Positions 1 to 12,120 of a stretch of 64,000 nucleotides of DNA are shown one piece after another; the stretch's first letter is position 1; every line of letters begins with the position of its first letter. Both the position numbers and the translations under genes were made by a program. The stretch is from the NCBI GenBank assembly GCA_009103225.1, contig RHPI01000560.1:788524-852523 (forward strand), read 5' to 3'. The stretch is from Chlorokybus atmophyticus (lineage: Eukaryota; Plantae; Mesostigma and Chlorokybus algae). Below the pieces are notes generated by a model. The model was not told the origin of the DNA, made no database searches, and saw only the letters and a program-made list of their open reading frames with translations.

Positions 1-3000
1 TTCAAGTTAGAAGAAGCTGAGGCAGAGAACGAGCTCGATCAAATGGATCTTGCAGCAAGTGTCAACCGAAGGGTGCTGAAGCATCTGTGGATCCAACAGA
101 CGACGTGAACAAAAAGTTCTTCGAATGGCCGCGAGGTAGCTTATGGCATACCACATCAATGCCAAGGGCTTGACAAGTCTAATACTCTTGTTTTGCTTTG
201 CAGACCTGCCCGATAACAGCGCGTCACCCAGCAAGGGCAAGGCAACCAAGCCTTCCACGTCCACATTAGAAGATTCAGATAACTCCGATAGTGACAAACC
301 TATAGGCTACTCACCTGTCATTGAGATCAGTAACAAAAGTGAGCTATTGTATTCGGCTTTGGCCTGCTTGTCATTACTCTGTGTGCATTGGCTCAAGGCA
401 TAACCACTAAGTGCGTTGCCATAGGATATTCGATAGTCGCTTGCTTGTCTTATGTTTCAGGCCTGTTGAATCGGTTGAAGCTGCCCCCTTTGTTTCAAAC
501 CTCTGGAGGAAACACCTTGTTCAATGTTCCCATTGATCGGACGATGCTTGCTCGCCCGGGCCATTCCCTGAGACCGGTGAACGATGCTGGGCTGAAGCTT
601 GTGGAGGGCGAGATCGACGCTGGCCTGCCAAATTACAAACGGTGGATTTAATTGGTGCTCGAAAAGATTGGACCCACAGAATGGCGTCAAGTGCTAGCAG
701 ACGAGTTTTTGCTGGACACGTCGAGCGAAAGATGGCAGTTCAAGAATCTGTGCGGGAATCACTCGCTGACTATATCAGCGCAGGCATTATGACCATCCAG
801 ATGATCCAAAATGGGCGTCTTAAAGGATCGAGGTAGGCTGCTTTGTTGTTGTTAAGTTCTGATACCTTCAATAACTGACCAACAACATTATATGTGACAA
901 GTCGTGACCAACATCGATAGACTTCAAATCCTCAACCTGAGTAGGCTGCACAACTTGCAGCATGAGCTGTGACAAAAGTCCACGCCATTTGGGGTTATGC
1001 ACGCCATGCGTGACATCTAAAAACAGCATGGTCAACCGTTTAGGCTGTCCATTGGGCAGACCCGCAAGACAAGGTGGGCTGAAGCGTGGCTTGACTGCTC
1101 ACGGTCATGGATGGTCATCTTGCGAGAGTCCCTGACGCCTTCAACGGATGACGAGGTGGCTAAAGTCCCCCAAACCAAGCGCGTCCATGTCACGTACGGC
1201 TTTAAAATCGTATCTATATACAATGCACAACATCCGATACAGCTTTCTACATCTCCGTTAATTACATTGCTACTGCAGGATTTGCGATGGATCTCGGTCT
1301 CTCATAGCCAGATTATCAGCGCTTTTTCCATGTGCTGCACAGCAAAGAAGACTTGTTTATGGCCGATGGAAAGCCGAACACAGCGCAGGGCATTTCCCTA
1401 AATCTCTTGGACAACTTTACTAAACTCGAGCCCCCCCAAATCATGAGCGTTGTCAATCATCTAGACTCCGGCCGGCTGTCCGTTTCGAGAAACAAAGAGT
1501 TTGTCATTGTCTGCAACAACATGCGCAAAAGAGGCAGATTCAATGGATTTATCACTGCCAAGGCTTTGAATGAAGACTTTGGCAAGCCTGGGTACGTTCA
1601 ACCTGATCTGCTTGCAGCGTTCCAAGTTCTTAAACCTTTCTTAACACCCATCTCTTGGAGGGTCAAGATTTTGAACCTTTCTTAGCTGCCTGCCATTTGT
1701 CTGAACGCAATTGTTATGCTTGCAGCAATAAGGATCGTCTTTGCTCAAAATACTCTGAGCTTTTTAGAAAGCTGGATTTGCTCTTCTCCAGAGCTCAGAT
1801 GCATGGCTTTTTCATGAGAGAGCTGATAGCAACGAGACCCAAGGTACAGACGAAAGAGTCAGAAAAAGACGTTGAGAAAAAGCCAATAAAGGCGGGCAAG
1901 GTGAAAGGGAAAGGCCAGCCCACAGATGTCCAACAACTTGAAGATTGAGATCTTCCCGTCGCTATACGGGATGATCTTAAAGAACTCACGGGCTCCAAGC
2001 TGGTCTACACAGCCCAAATTAATGGCGCTGTGGAATTTACGCAGTAAGCAATGTCAAGATTACTGTGGCTGGTTCATTGGCGGAGCGTTTATGCCACTGA
2101 CTATGCTATGTTGCATGTAGACGCAAGATGTGGAGTTGGAAGAGAAAGCGCCTGCCAGTGGTCAGGCAACGTGTCGTCCTTTGAATAGATTCTGCTCAGT
2201 AGTAGTTCTTGGACGGCTTGTTCAAGTCGGAGGAACCCCTGCCGTCATTCTACAATGTGTTCGTGGATATTGAGTTTGTTAAGCATCGCAGTAGCGTTGA
2301 GGATATTGGCATCAACGATGAGTGCTTCAAAGACTTGAGGATATCCTGGTCGGCCACAACAAGCCGTTGCCTTTTTGGAATATGGTGGTCCTCGTGGATG
2401 ACGACCATCTTAGCAGCGTAGTGCAGATTTTTAGACAGGATGCCTCTAATGTGGAGACATTTACTTACCACCACGCCAGCAGCAGTAAGTCGTTGTGTTC
2501 CAGGATATGCAAGGTCCATTAACCCGATGTAGCAACTGAGGCTACTGTGTTGTCTTCCGCAGAGCAATTGGCTTTTCCCACGTACTTTGCATCTCGGCAA
2601 GCAGCAATCATGGTAGTTGCCGGCTTCAAGGACGATGATAATGATGTTGGTTTGCACTACGCAAACCTTGAGCGCTTTGATCAGAGTGTGGACCCGGATG
2701 AGCGGTGTTGGTAGCCGGCAGATTCACGCTTTGCCACAAGCAAGTTCCTTCCCAGCTATCACGATGATCAACCTACTATTCCGCAACTGAGAGAACACCT
2801 TGCCTCTCATCCAAATCCCAAGAGCAGGGTTGATGCCAGGATGGAGCTGATCAAGGTTGATGAGGGTCGGGATCCGCTAGAGATTCTGCTCGACGCTAGG
2901 GCAGTAGCTGACCGCAAAAATGCTTTGCTCAGTGACATAATGCGGAGTTATTGGACAGCTCATATAGCGAAGTTTGGAAGTAAGGTGGTCAACCAAGCTT

Positions 3001-4456
3001 AGCGATTCTCCCGAAGGCTTGCTCTTCACTTTTTGCCTTATCGCAAGGACACCAAGGAGATGTTCTTTTTGGACCTTGGTGGTGGTGCTGCGGGCTTTGC
3101 AACATATGCCCTAGAGCGAGGGTACAGCGGATTCCTTGTAGACCCTGATCCCACTTGCATCCACGCTTTGAGTGTGTACTGCGGAAAGTTTAGCAAAGCC
3201 TACGAGGAACTGGTAAGCAGAGTGTGCACTTTGAGTTACTAGACCTCTCAATCTCAGCTCCCTGGCTGACCACTTTGCTTGCGTAGGAGAAGCACAACTA
3301 TGGCTTGGATAGCGAGTACATGGCACTTACAGGAGAACCCGCAGCGACGCCTGTGCCGCTTTCGCGAGTCAAAATGCATGCGGCCATTGCCAAAGAGATT
3401 GTGCGTGAAATGTTCACAGGGTTCAATCACAACTCCGCTCGGCACCTTGCGATGCTGGGTCAGTGGCTGACCAAGGACAATGCTGCGCAAGAAGCTGGGG
3501 GTGACGACAAGTTCAAGAAAGTAAAGCAGTGGGTGTCTAAATCAATGGGCAATGTTGTGACAAGTAAGCGCCTTATGTTGTGACATGTGTGAGCGTTGCC
3601 GAGGATCAATTTCGGGAGGTATCATAATCCGCATGTCTGTTTGCAGCGAATGGCTACGCAGAGGCGCTAGAAGAAATGGCATGATCAGAAGTGGCAGGAG
3701 CCGCACGACGAGCTGCAGAAGGCAGATCCCCCAGCTGACGCTGCATCTATGGACTTAGATGCTGATGCTGCTGTAGTGCCTCCTGCTAATGAGCACAAGG
3801 ACGAAGGCGACAGCAACAGGAGAGTTCAGATGCAGAGCAGGACACTAGAGGCCAAGCAAGTTGAGGAGGCTTTGCGGCATCGGCTGGCGGATTGAATGGA
3901 TAAGTTCATGGACCTCAACTATCTGAGCGGCGATGAAGGCGAGCCCTCGCCTTATGAAGCGAAGCCCATTAGCAGCAGCGGCAACGTTGTGAACCTAACA
4001 GCCAACAGCCCCAAGGAGGCTAATGTCCTTTGAAAGAAAAAAAGAGAAAAAGAACGAGTCAGATGTGGCCTCAGGGAGCCGCTCGCAGTTTGTAAAAGGC
4101 TGTTCTGTCCCTGATTGTGATATCACTGTTGGCTTCGACAGCATGTACCCCACCAAGTGCGGCGCAGCTGGGCGTGTGCTGGGTGTGTCAAGCAGTTGCA
4201 CGACTTGTGCATTACACGCTTCACAGGAAAGGAAGAGGTCCAGCAGACCCTATGCACCGACCACCACCCTGACGTGTCTGATGACTGGGAGCAGGCCATA
4301 GTAGACCAAGGCAAGATAACCCAGGCACGCACCATCCAAGGCTGCAGTGTCTGTCGAGATGTTGAAGGCTACAAGCAGTGCTGGCCTCAGGAGTCACAGC
4401 AGGAGTCTCAGGTGCCGAGCCTTCCAGACTTGGATGTGGTTCGGTCTGCAAGCTAA
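1..4456 (+). pseudogene. Decayed multi-exon gene: ParB-like domain + beta-class (N6A/N4C) DNA methyltransferase-like domain + C-terminal PHD finger; 5' end outside window
   Basis: GT-AG introns (e.g. ~138-202). In-frame FKNLCGNHS (~745-772, ParB-like GNH motif). Motif IV-like VFVDIEF (~2257-2277) precedes motif I-like FLDLGGGAAGFATYALERGYSGFLVDPD (~3064-3150), the beta-class order. PHD core CAGCVKQLHDLC...LCTDH (~4175-4262). Several stops and frameshifts. TGTAA at 4664. Confidence 0.42.
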
Positions 4457-4989
4457 CTCTCCATCCCAAGTGCAAGCCAAGTCTCCGGCAATGCCTCGCC
4501 GCTTTGAAGGCTTATGATAATAGAGTTCTACTACTTGCTGCTGTTAGCATGTCCAATAACTGTTGCTCTCAGCAATAATCTTGTACTGTAGAACATAGTT
4601 GGCTTGTTTGTGACGTTGTGTATGTTGTATCGGTTGCCCTTGTGTGTATAGAACTTACTCCTATGTAAAAAGATCTTTAGAGGTGTTGGGGCGTGCTTCT
4701 TATGCATGACAAGCATATTGCCATAGCTTAGCAAGTTTAAGATGCTCTAAGTTTGCCTTCAACTAGTTGAGAAATAACACGCTCAGATGTGTTGTTTAAG
4801 TCATTAATAGCGTATCATATCGTGCATAAACGCAAACTCTGCCTCAACTGCAAGTAGCTTGCACATAGTGTCAACTATATAGTATATAACAATATAGTAT
4901 ATCTTGAAAATGACAAATTGCAGTTGATTACATTGAAAATTAACATAACGTTGCACAAAAAGTGTCCCCCCGGATCTTGCTACACGCCT

Positions 4990-7900
4990 ACAGTTCCTGC
5001 GTCGAGAGGTGCAACGGCTAAGCACAGAGCTAGACACGGTCTCGGCTGAAAAGAAGCATGTGGTGCAGCAGATGACGGAACAACGACGGGCTGAACGATC
5101 ACAACCATCCCCCGATTGCCCTGCTGGAGATGATGCCTCCCGGGTGCAGCAGGAGGCTTGGCATTGGCATGCACAGTGGGCGGTAAGTATGTGGGGTGTT
5201 GGCTGCAGCATGTACGCTGGATGCGCTCAAGGCACATGCGCTGACGTGTGGCACGTTGTGCGTGTGTTGTCAATGGTACTTGGCTGGTTAATGTGTGTGA
5301 GCTGAAGTATGTTGTCAATAAATAGGAAGCCAAGGCAATGCAGCTGCGCCAGGAGACTGTGGCGGCTGCTGAGCGCAGTGAATTTGCTAGCTCAGAGGAG
5401 AGGAGATGCAGGAGGAGATGGACAGCGTGCAGCAGCATGAAACGGTGGGTAAGGCCTACCCACTGCATGTCGTAACCTGAGAAAGAGTCAAGGCAGGTGA
5501 TTGGATAGGTGAGTTGATTGACGCCATGGTTAGGTGCTAGAGGCAAGGGTGCAAGAGGAACGTGAGCAGGCTAGCTGTGAAAGGCAAGCGCGGCGCTCGA
5601 TTGAATATGAACGAGATGGTTACCGGTGTAGCCTGGTGGAGCTGATCGATGTTGTGGCAGGCCTACGCGAGACATTGCGTAACGGCAGGCACTCGCAGCA
5701 ACCACTTTGGGACGCCGTGGTTGCAGAGGAGGTTCCACTCATGTATGAGGATGATGTGCGCGCTGCGGCGGAAGAGGAAATGGCTGATGACATCGCATGC
5801 GATGTGAGGGCAGTGGATGCGCAACTACTGTAGAGGGATGCAGTGGTGTTGCTGACGGCTGTTTCAGCACAGTTTAACATCATGCAAGCAAGGGTGCTAT
5901 TGCGCGCGGTGCAAGCGAGACTCCCAGGGGCTAGCGTAACAGTCACCGAGGCGCGGCAACACGGCACTCCGTCAATAGCAGCTTGGGGTTAACCCTGTGG
6001 CGTGTCTGCTGCGCCATGCCATCAAGGTAGCGGACGTGCCTGTAGCACGCATGCAAAAGCAACTGCAATGAGTGAGGACAACGCTGATGGCGTGGACATC
6101 AAGTTTCTACGCAATCTGCAACAAGCTAATGGAAGCTGAGCGTCAACGCATGGTGGAGCGCAACAAAGTTGATCATAATCTCCGTTTCGTCGACTGGGAG
6201 ATGGAGTGGGAGAAATCGGGGGCTGCATTGCAAAAGGTGTTTGGTCCAATGACTGGCTTTAACGCTCTGGAGCTAGTAAAGACTGCTGGTCCACGACATG
6301 AACGCAACTTGGTGGTATTGCGCAACAAGACATTATACCTGATGCATCCCGCGGTTTACGCAAGGAGTAAGTGGGCAATGTCGCCTGTACACACGATTGT
6401 GACTGACTCGATGGATGAACTGAGTACTGGAAACAAGCTGCTGAAGACCGTGAATCGCGTCGGAGTAACAGCAAGTCGCAGCCATGTTGAAGGTATTCCT
6501 ACATCCGGTCAGCTTGCCCTCTGCATAGGAATACACTAACCCTAACCCTTACCCTAACCCTAACCCCAACAAGAGAAGCAAGGAGCGCGTGGGAGTTCAC
6601 TATGCGTGATTGACAAAGGAGCAAGTGGTGAAGGCCAAGCTGCCCGCGTGGGAGTGTTGAAGGTATTCCTACATCCGGTCAGCTTGCCCTCTGCATAGGA
6701 ATACACGAGAGAATCTCAATGACTCCGGACTGAGTTTGAGCAGACTGCAGAGCAAGGCCTTACAAGAACCGTTGGATCTTGGTGGATACGGAGCCGAATG
6801 ACACGTGGAGTAGCTTGTTGGATAGATCTTAAAGTTAGCTACGTGGTGCAGCTTACAGCAGGATTCGGTTGAGTAGATCGTACGGTGTAGCTTGTAGACC
6901 AGCAATGTGTGTATCTGGTGCAGAATCTGGCGGGTATAAGACCCGCGGACTTGTTGCCTTAAGAAAAGCTTTAGTGTTGTGATGTAGCATGTCACCCATG
7001 CGCATGTGCTTGTCAACGTATGTATGTCAACAAGCCATATGGACCGCCACATGCACCGGCGTGCAAGCCACAATCTTGTCTCCATGGCTCGGTTGCAACC
7101 GCCAGAACGGCATGTGTTGACAACTTGGATATCCGTGCGGGGCATGAGGCAAAGTACAAGGGTAGGACTACTGGAGACATGTATGCCACCTCGACTCAGG
7201 TCACCTCCACTGCGGGGCGTGAAGTGTCTACTGCACTTGAACTGAAGGTGAGTGATGGTGTGCTGGCACCCTATCATGCTATGTTTGTGTTGTTCAGCTT
7301 GAAGCCGTAATGTTGATGAGGTACTGTTGTTAATGCAGCGATCACGCAACCGCACGCTATTAGAGGCACAGATACCTGAGACCGCACTTAAGGCCATGCC
7401 GCCACTGCTGCTCACACCAAGGCCGCAAGTCAATGTCCGCAGCGACCCCATGCGGAATCTCCAACCTGCAGAGACACACGCCTTGGAAGCATTTTGCATT
7501 GCACTGCACAATACAGTGGTGTATCGGATGCGGCAACATCATCAAGACTTCTTGCTGCCTATGAAGGATGACTGGGCAAGGTACATGCAACAGGCGAGTG
7601 AAGACACAACGCCTGTGGTGAATGACATCGAGTATCTGCCGGTGCTGCCATTTTGCTCGGACAAAATTGATAATCTTAAGATTGCACTCCTGCAACTGCA
7701 CAACAAGGTGGTGTTGAACGATGCACAGAGCAAGATATGTGTCACAGGCAATTAGAAGACGTTTGCCCATATAGTTGCCTTCAAAAAGGCTGAGCCAGGA
7801 TTCTGGGACTGGGTGGTGCCTATACCTGGCGACTTTCATGTGCTCATGAACATGCAACCGGTGTTGATGAAAATCTACTTGGACGCTGGCATGGATGCAA

Positions 7901-9955
7901 TGGCAGTGGAGGCCGGGTTCTTAGCCTCTACCTTCCGCAATCACCTCATAAATGGATCGCTGAAAACGCATCCACAACTTCCTGTGCAAAATTTGGGAGG
8001 CGTTGTACATGCATATGCATGACATCTGATGGAGGCAGGAAGATGCAAGCATTAAGGAACAGTGCGAACAGGACCTGCGCTTGCATGGGATCAATGCCAG
8101 CAAAACATGCAAGTTCGTTGAACTGTTCTATGAGAAGAAGGCCTGTGAGGATGCAACTTGGCAGTTATGGTGGAGCTTTGTTAACAGAGATATTTTGAAC
8201 TACTTCGGTCTGTTCTGCTCGGTTCGGCAGATCTGGCACCTTAGATTGGCGACTTTACAGGGTCTGAGCCCTTTGGCTTTCGCCTGGGATTGCTACAATT
8301 ACCAACGAGTGATGACGCTGCATGTGGCGGACCTCCAAATCATTCCCCAAACGCTTCTTGACGTGCTAGCTGATGGAGGGTTCGCTATCAGCATGACTGG
8401 TACACTAGGGAGGCTGGTGGCACTTGATGAGGCACACGAGTGTCAGATCAACCGTGACATGAGGATGTCACTGTGCAATCTAACAACACAACAGCTGCGG
8501 CAAAAATCACATCACCTTGGTGAACGGAGTCAGACCCAGAAGAATGTGGGTCGTCAACTACTGCTGGACATTGCACCATGCAATGGTGACATGGACGCTG
8601 ATGCCGATGACGACCACAGCAGGGTGGTGCGCAACATTTGTGTCGACGCATCACGCTGTGGTAGTGACATTAGACACATGCAGGAGGTCTTAACAGCATC
8701 ACTTACCTGGCATGGTTGCAACTCACCTCAGACTGGACCAGGAAATGGTGCTGGCGGGCGGTTCTGACATGGATGAGACAGGCCACTGTGCGCGTGTTGT
8801 AGCGCGAAGCTGCAACAACGATGACTTAGTGATGTATGTTGGAGACTACACCTGCAACCACGGTGAAGCGGATTCAAGCGTGTGGGTACCTGCGCAATAT
8901 ACCCCTTACAACAAGGTCATGATATACTCACCGGACACGGATGTAACCATGATAGGCCTTTTAGTCAGCGAGACATTGAATATGAGCTTCAAGGATGTAA
9001 CACTGCAGTTGGCACAGCATTTGCGCGCTGGTGCACGCCCGCCCTTCATCAGCTTGACGGCTTTTTACACGCATGTGCGGAGCATGCACCAGGTGAACAG
9101 CATCAATGAACGTCAGCGGGGCTGGCTGATGCTGTTAGTCTATGCAGCCACGGGCTACAACTATACATCTTTCATTGGTGGTATATCAAGCAATTTATGT
9201 GGCGCAGTGTGCTGTCACAGCATGCTGCTTTCATTACAAAAGATGTGAGACAAGAAGAACACGAGATGTGCTTCTTTGTGCGCCAGATCGGGTGTGCTTA
9301 CTGCAAGAAGTACCGTTCTTCATTTGATAGTGGCATTCCAGCATCACTGTTCTTTGAACTCTATGGCCCTGCAGCAACCGCAAGTGACAAAGTTTATCTA
9401 GCCGAGTGGCTGGAGGCAATACACAAGAATGTTTGGAAGAAAACGGCAACACCTCGGGACACTATACCGACAGTTGACGCGTTGTGGTTGCATGCACTAT
9501 GTGCCATTTACGCGGTCAATATGTGGATGCAAAGCTGCAGTTACGACATGCACCTCCCAGACCTCGCAGACTATGGCTACCAGGAGCATGATGGAGTGCG
9601 ATATGCAGTGCAAGATCTGCCAGAGAACATGGCGGCTGCGATTGGCAGAAGACAGTTGCTCATGCACGGGTGCAGTTGCAAGTCGGGCAGGTGCAACACT
9701 AGAAGATGCAAGTGCAAGAAAGCTGGCAGGCAATGCACAAGAAGTTGCTCGTGTCTCGGATGCGAAAACCATGGAGAGGAAGCTGCACATGCAGCATGCA
9801 CTTCAACACAACCAAACACTGATCAAGTAGAACCACATCCACGCAATGGCACAGAAGCAACTAGTGTAGGCAAAGAAGAATGGGCGTTCTCAAAAACAAA
9901 CGATTCTGATAGTGACGTCGAGGATCTATCCAAAATGGACATGGATGACATCTAA
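4990..9955 (+). mobile_element. AcademX-like DNA transposon gene (DDE transposase + XPG/PIN-like nuclease + Cys8/CXC finger), pseudogenised
   Basis: Ordered motifs: LLKTVNRVGVTAS (~6440-6480), VDNLD (7116-7130), TGN*K (=GDQ, 7744-7758), PGDFH (7825-7839), ALDEAHECQIN (~8420-8452), HGEADS (8859-8876), SPDTDV (~8928-8945), ATGYNYTSF (H3TH-like), IPTVDALWLH, CSCKSGRCNTRRCKCKKAGRQCTRSCSCLGCEN (~9670-9768). No TIRs found. Confidence 0.75.
6485..6706. repeat. 52-bp perfect direct repeat flanking a 118-bp insert that begins with (CCCTAA)n-like repeats
   Basis: 6485-6536 = 6655-6706 exactly. Insert 6537-6654 starts TAACCCTAACCCTTACCCTAACCCTAACCCCAAC. Confidence 0.9.
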
Positions 9956-10266
9956 GCCATGCAAGGCACTGACCCTATCTGCAAACTCTTGACCATCCCG
10001 ATGATAGCAGCACTCTTCTAGTGCTGCGCTTGCCACGCCGACTCCCACCATACCAGCATAAATTGGTGCAACTGGCCCCATCTCTCAAGCAAGAGCAATG
10101 GGTCCACCACTACCGCCCGCTGCCGCCACCGCCGCCGCTCTTTGCTCCACAGCGTTGTGACACCAAATAGTATCCCACCACCGGCTGACGCCATTTTTAG
10201 GGTTCAGCGCACGAAATTAGGGTTGTGCAGCCATCAGGATTGTAGTGATCAGAGCGCATCAATAGT

Positions 10267-12120
10267 GTGGTAGGGCAGTTCTTTGTCGTAGAGTATATGT
10301 TGTCACCTCCTTGTGGCAAAAAGGCTTTGGTCTGCTCCGTGTGTCATGCCTACATTGTGACAAATGGCCAGCGTGCACGCCTGGATGGACATGAAGGTGA
10401 ATGCATGCGTTACGGCGCATTGTACGGATTCATTGCTGCATGCTGGCACCATCACGTCGGTGGTCTCCACATCATTGAATGCGGATCCAAACACAAGTGC
10501 ACTGTCCCTAAGTTCTTTCACTAGCAATTCACCTGCATTGAATGCGAATGCACACCATTCGCATTCAATGCAGCAATGAATTCGAGTGGCATGGTAGGCC
10601 CATGTGGTACATGCCGTATGCTCACCCCGGTACTATCCGCACTGGTCAAGTGGGGACAGCCACGCATGTGAGTAAGCGTGCTCTGTTGAGTAATGCTCGT
10701 TGATTTTAGACATGCACCACCCTCACACAGCTCTATACAACTGATGGACTGTGAACAGCCACAACGCGCACGTTGCGGTCGCGGTGACGCTGCGCGGCAA
10801 TACATGGCCGCGACCATGCAAGAGCTCAACACCGAACATCAGGTGCATTAGTGTCAATAGAGTAACGTCATAGCAATGCCTTCTGGTAGGTACAACTTGT
10901 GCAATTGTGCTACAATTTACCATTCCGTGTCGTGTGCAGACTGCTACCAGCATTCATGTCTCCGTTGATGCTGTGCGCCCGCTCTGCTTAGAGGGCAGTC
11001 CGGCATTTGTAGGCTGCCCATGCATGGTGTACTGGCCACTTGACCAAGCATGGTATGGGGGATCATTCTACGCCTACAACGACAGACCTGGTACATGTCC
11101 ACAATGTACGGTTTCCTTACAGGGTATTTGCGTTCACTAGTTCCGAATAATGCACTCTTGCACTCTTCTTATAGGCAGGCACAGTATTCGCTTCGAAGGC
11201 GGTGAAGTGCAGCATATGGTTATCAAAAAGCACAACGTAGTGTTGGTTGTGGCGATTGATTGCGGACGCAACATGTGCATACGCGTGGGTGGCAGCAGAG
11301 TGCAGACCAATGGCAAGGTGCCTTCTCCTTTGCCAACAATCCCTTTATAGAGGCAGTTCTCTCCACTGCTTGTAACACACTGCACCCAGTCGCATAACGG
11401 GGCACCACATCGTCCTAAAGTGCTGGACTTGTGCTGTGGTGGTGGCGGAGCCAGCATGGGACTGTATCGTGCAGGCTTTGACGTCACTGGAGTTGATGTT
11501 CTGGAGCAGCCAGAATACTTTTTTCAATTCATTCGGGGCGATGCAATGCTGGTGAACCTTGCACCCTATGATTTCATATGGGCAAGCCCCCCATGCCAGG
11601 CCTTTGCACGCTGCATACCTGACTCTCAGCGTTTTCAACACTCGAGCACATGGAACCACAGCACCCTGCTGCACCAATTGCGAACAAGACTGCAGGAGAG
11701 CGGGAAGCATTCGTCATTGAGAACATACGTGATGCGGCCCGCCACTTGAACCCAAACAGGGTCTTATGCGCCACCATGTTTGGTCTGGCCACATTCAGAC
11801 ATAGAGTGTTTAAGACGTCTCCTCATCTGCCGGTTGAATTGCACTGCGACCACCATCAAAAGCAACTGGGTGCGTTGTCGGGACACTTCGCAAGAACAAC
11901 ACTAGTTTAGACAAGACGCACATGCAGCAGATGTATCCCGTTTATGGGCAAGCAAAAAGCCGTTGTTGGGTTAGTGGGTGGAGCATAGCTTTGGGCATTA
12001 TTTGGATTGACGAGTGTACACTGGTGGAGTGCATCCCACCTGCATTCAGAGTATATAGGAAGGCAGATGCTGCTAGCAATGGGCTACACACTTAGCGGTC
12101 CCCCCCTGTCATGGTCTTGA
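10267..12120 (+). pseudogene. PHD-like + Tudor + bacteriophage/bacterial-type C5 cytosine DNA methyltransferase fusion gene, intron-containing, frameshifted
   Basis: Splicing intron 11091-11174 (84 nt) rebuilds the Tudor domain FVGCPCMVYWPLDQAWYGGSFYAYNDRPGRHSIRFEGGEVQHMVIKKHNV. Same frame continues to VLDLCCGGGGASMG (11420), WASPPCQ (~11580-11599), FVIENI after a 1-nt loss (~11708), LCATMFGLATFRHRVF, then ECIPPAF..EYIGRQML (~12027-12070). TGTAA at 12123. Confidence 0.8.
10533..10573. repeat. Perfect 18-bp inverted repeat with 5-nt loop
   Basis: CTGCATTGAATGCGAATG-CACAC-CATTCGCATTCAATGCAG. Confidence 0.95.

Noticed and set aside
10340-10640. TET/JBP dioxygenase domain upstream of the DNMT
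   Set aside because: GGLHIIE is suggestive, but there is no clean HxD...H triad. The Cys spacing fits a decayed PHD better.
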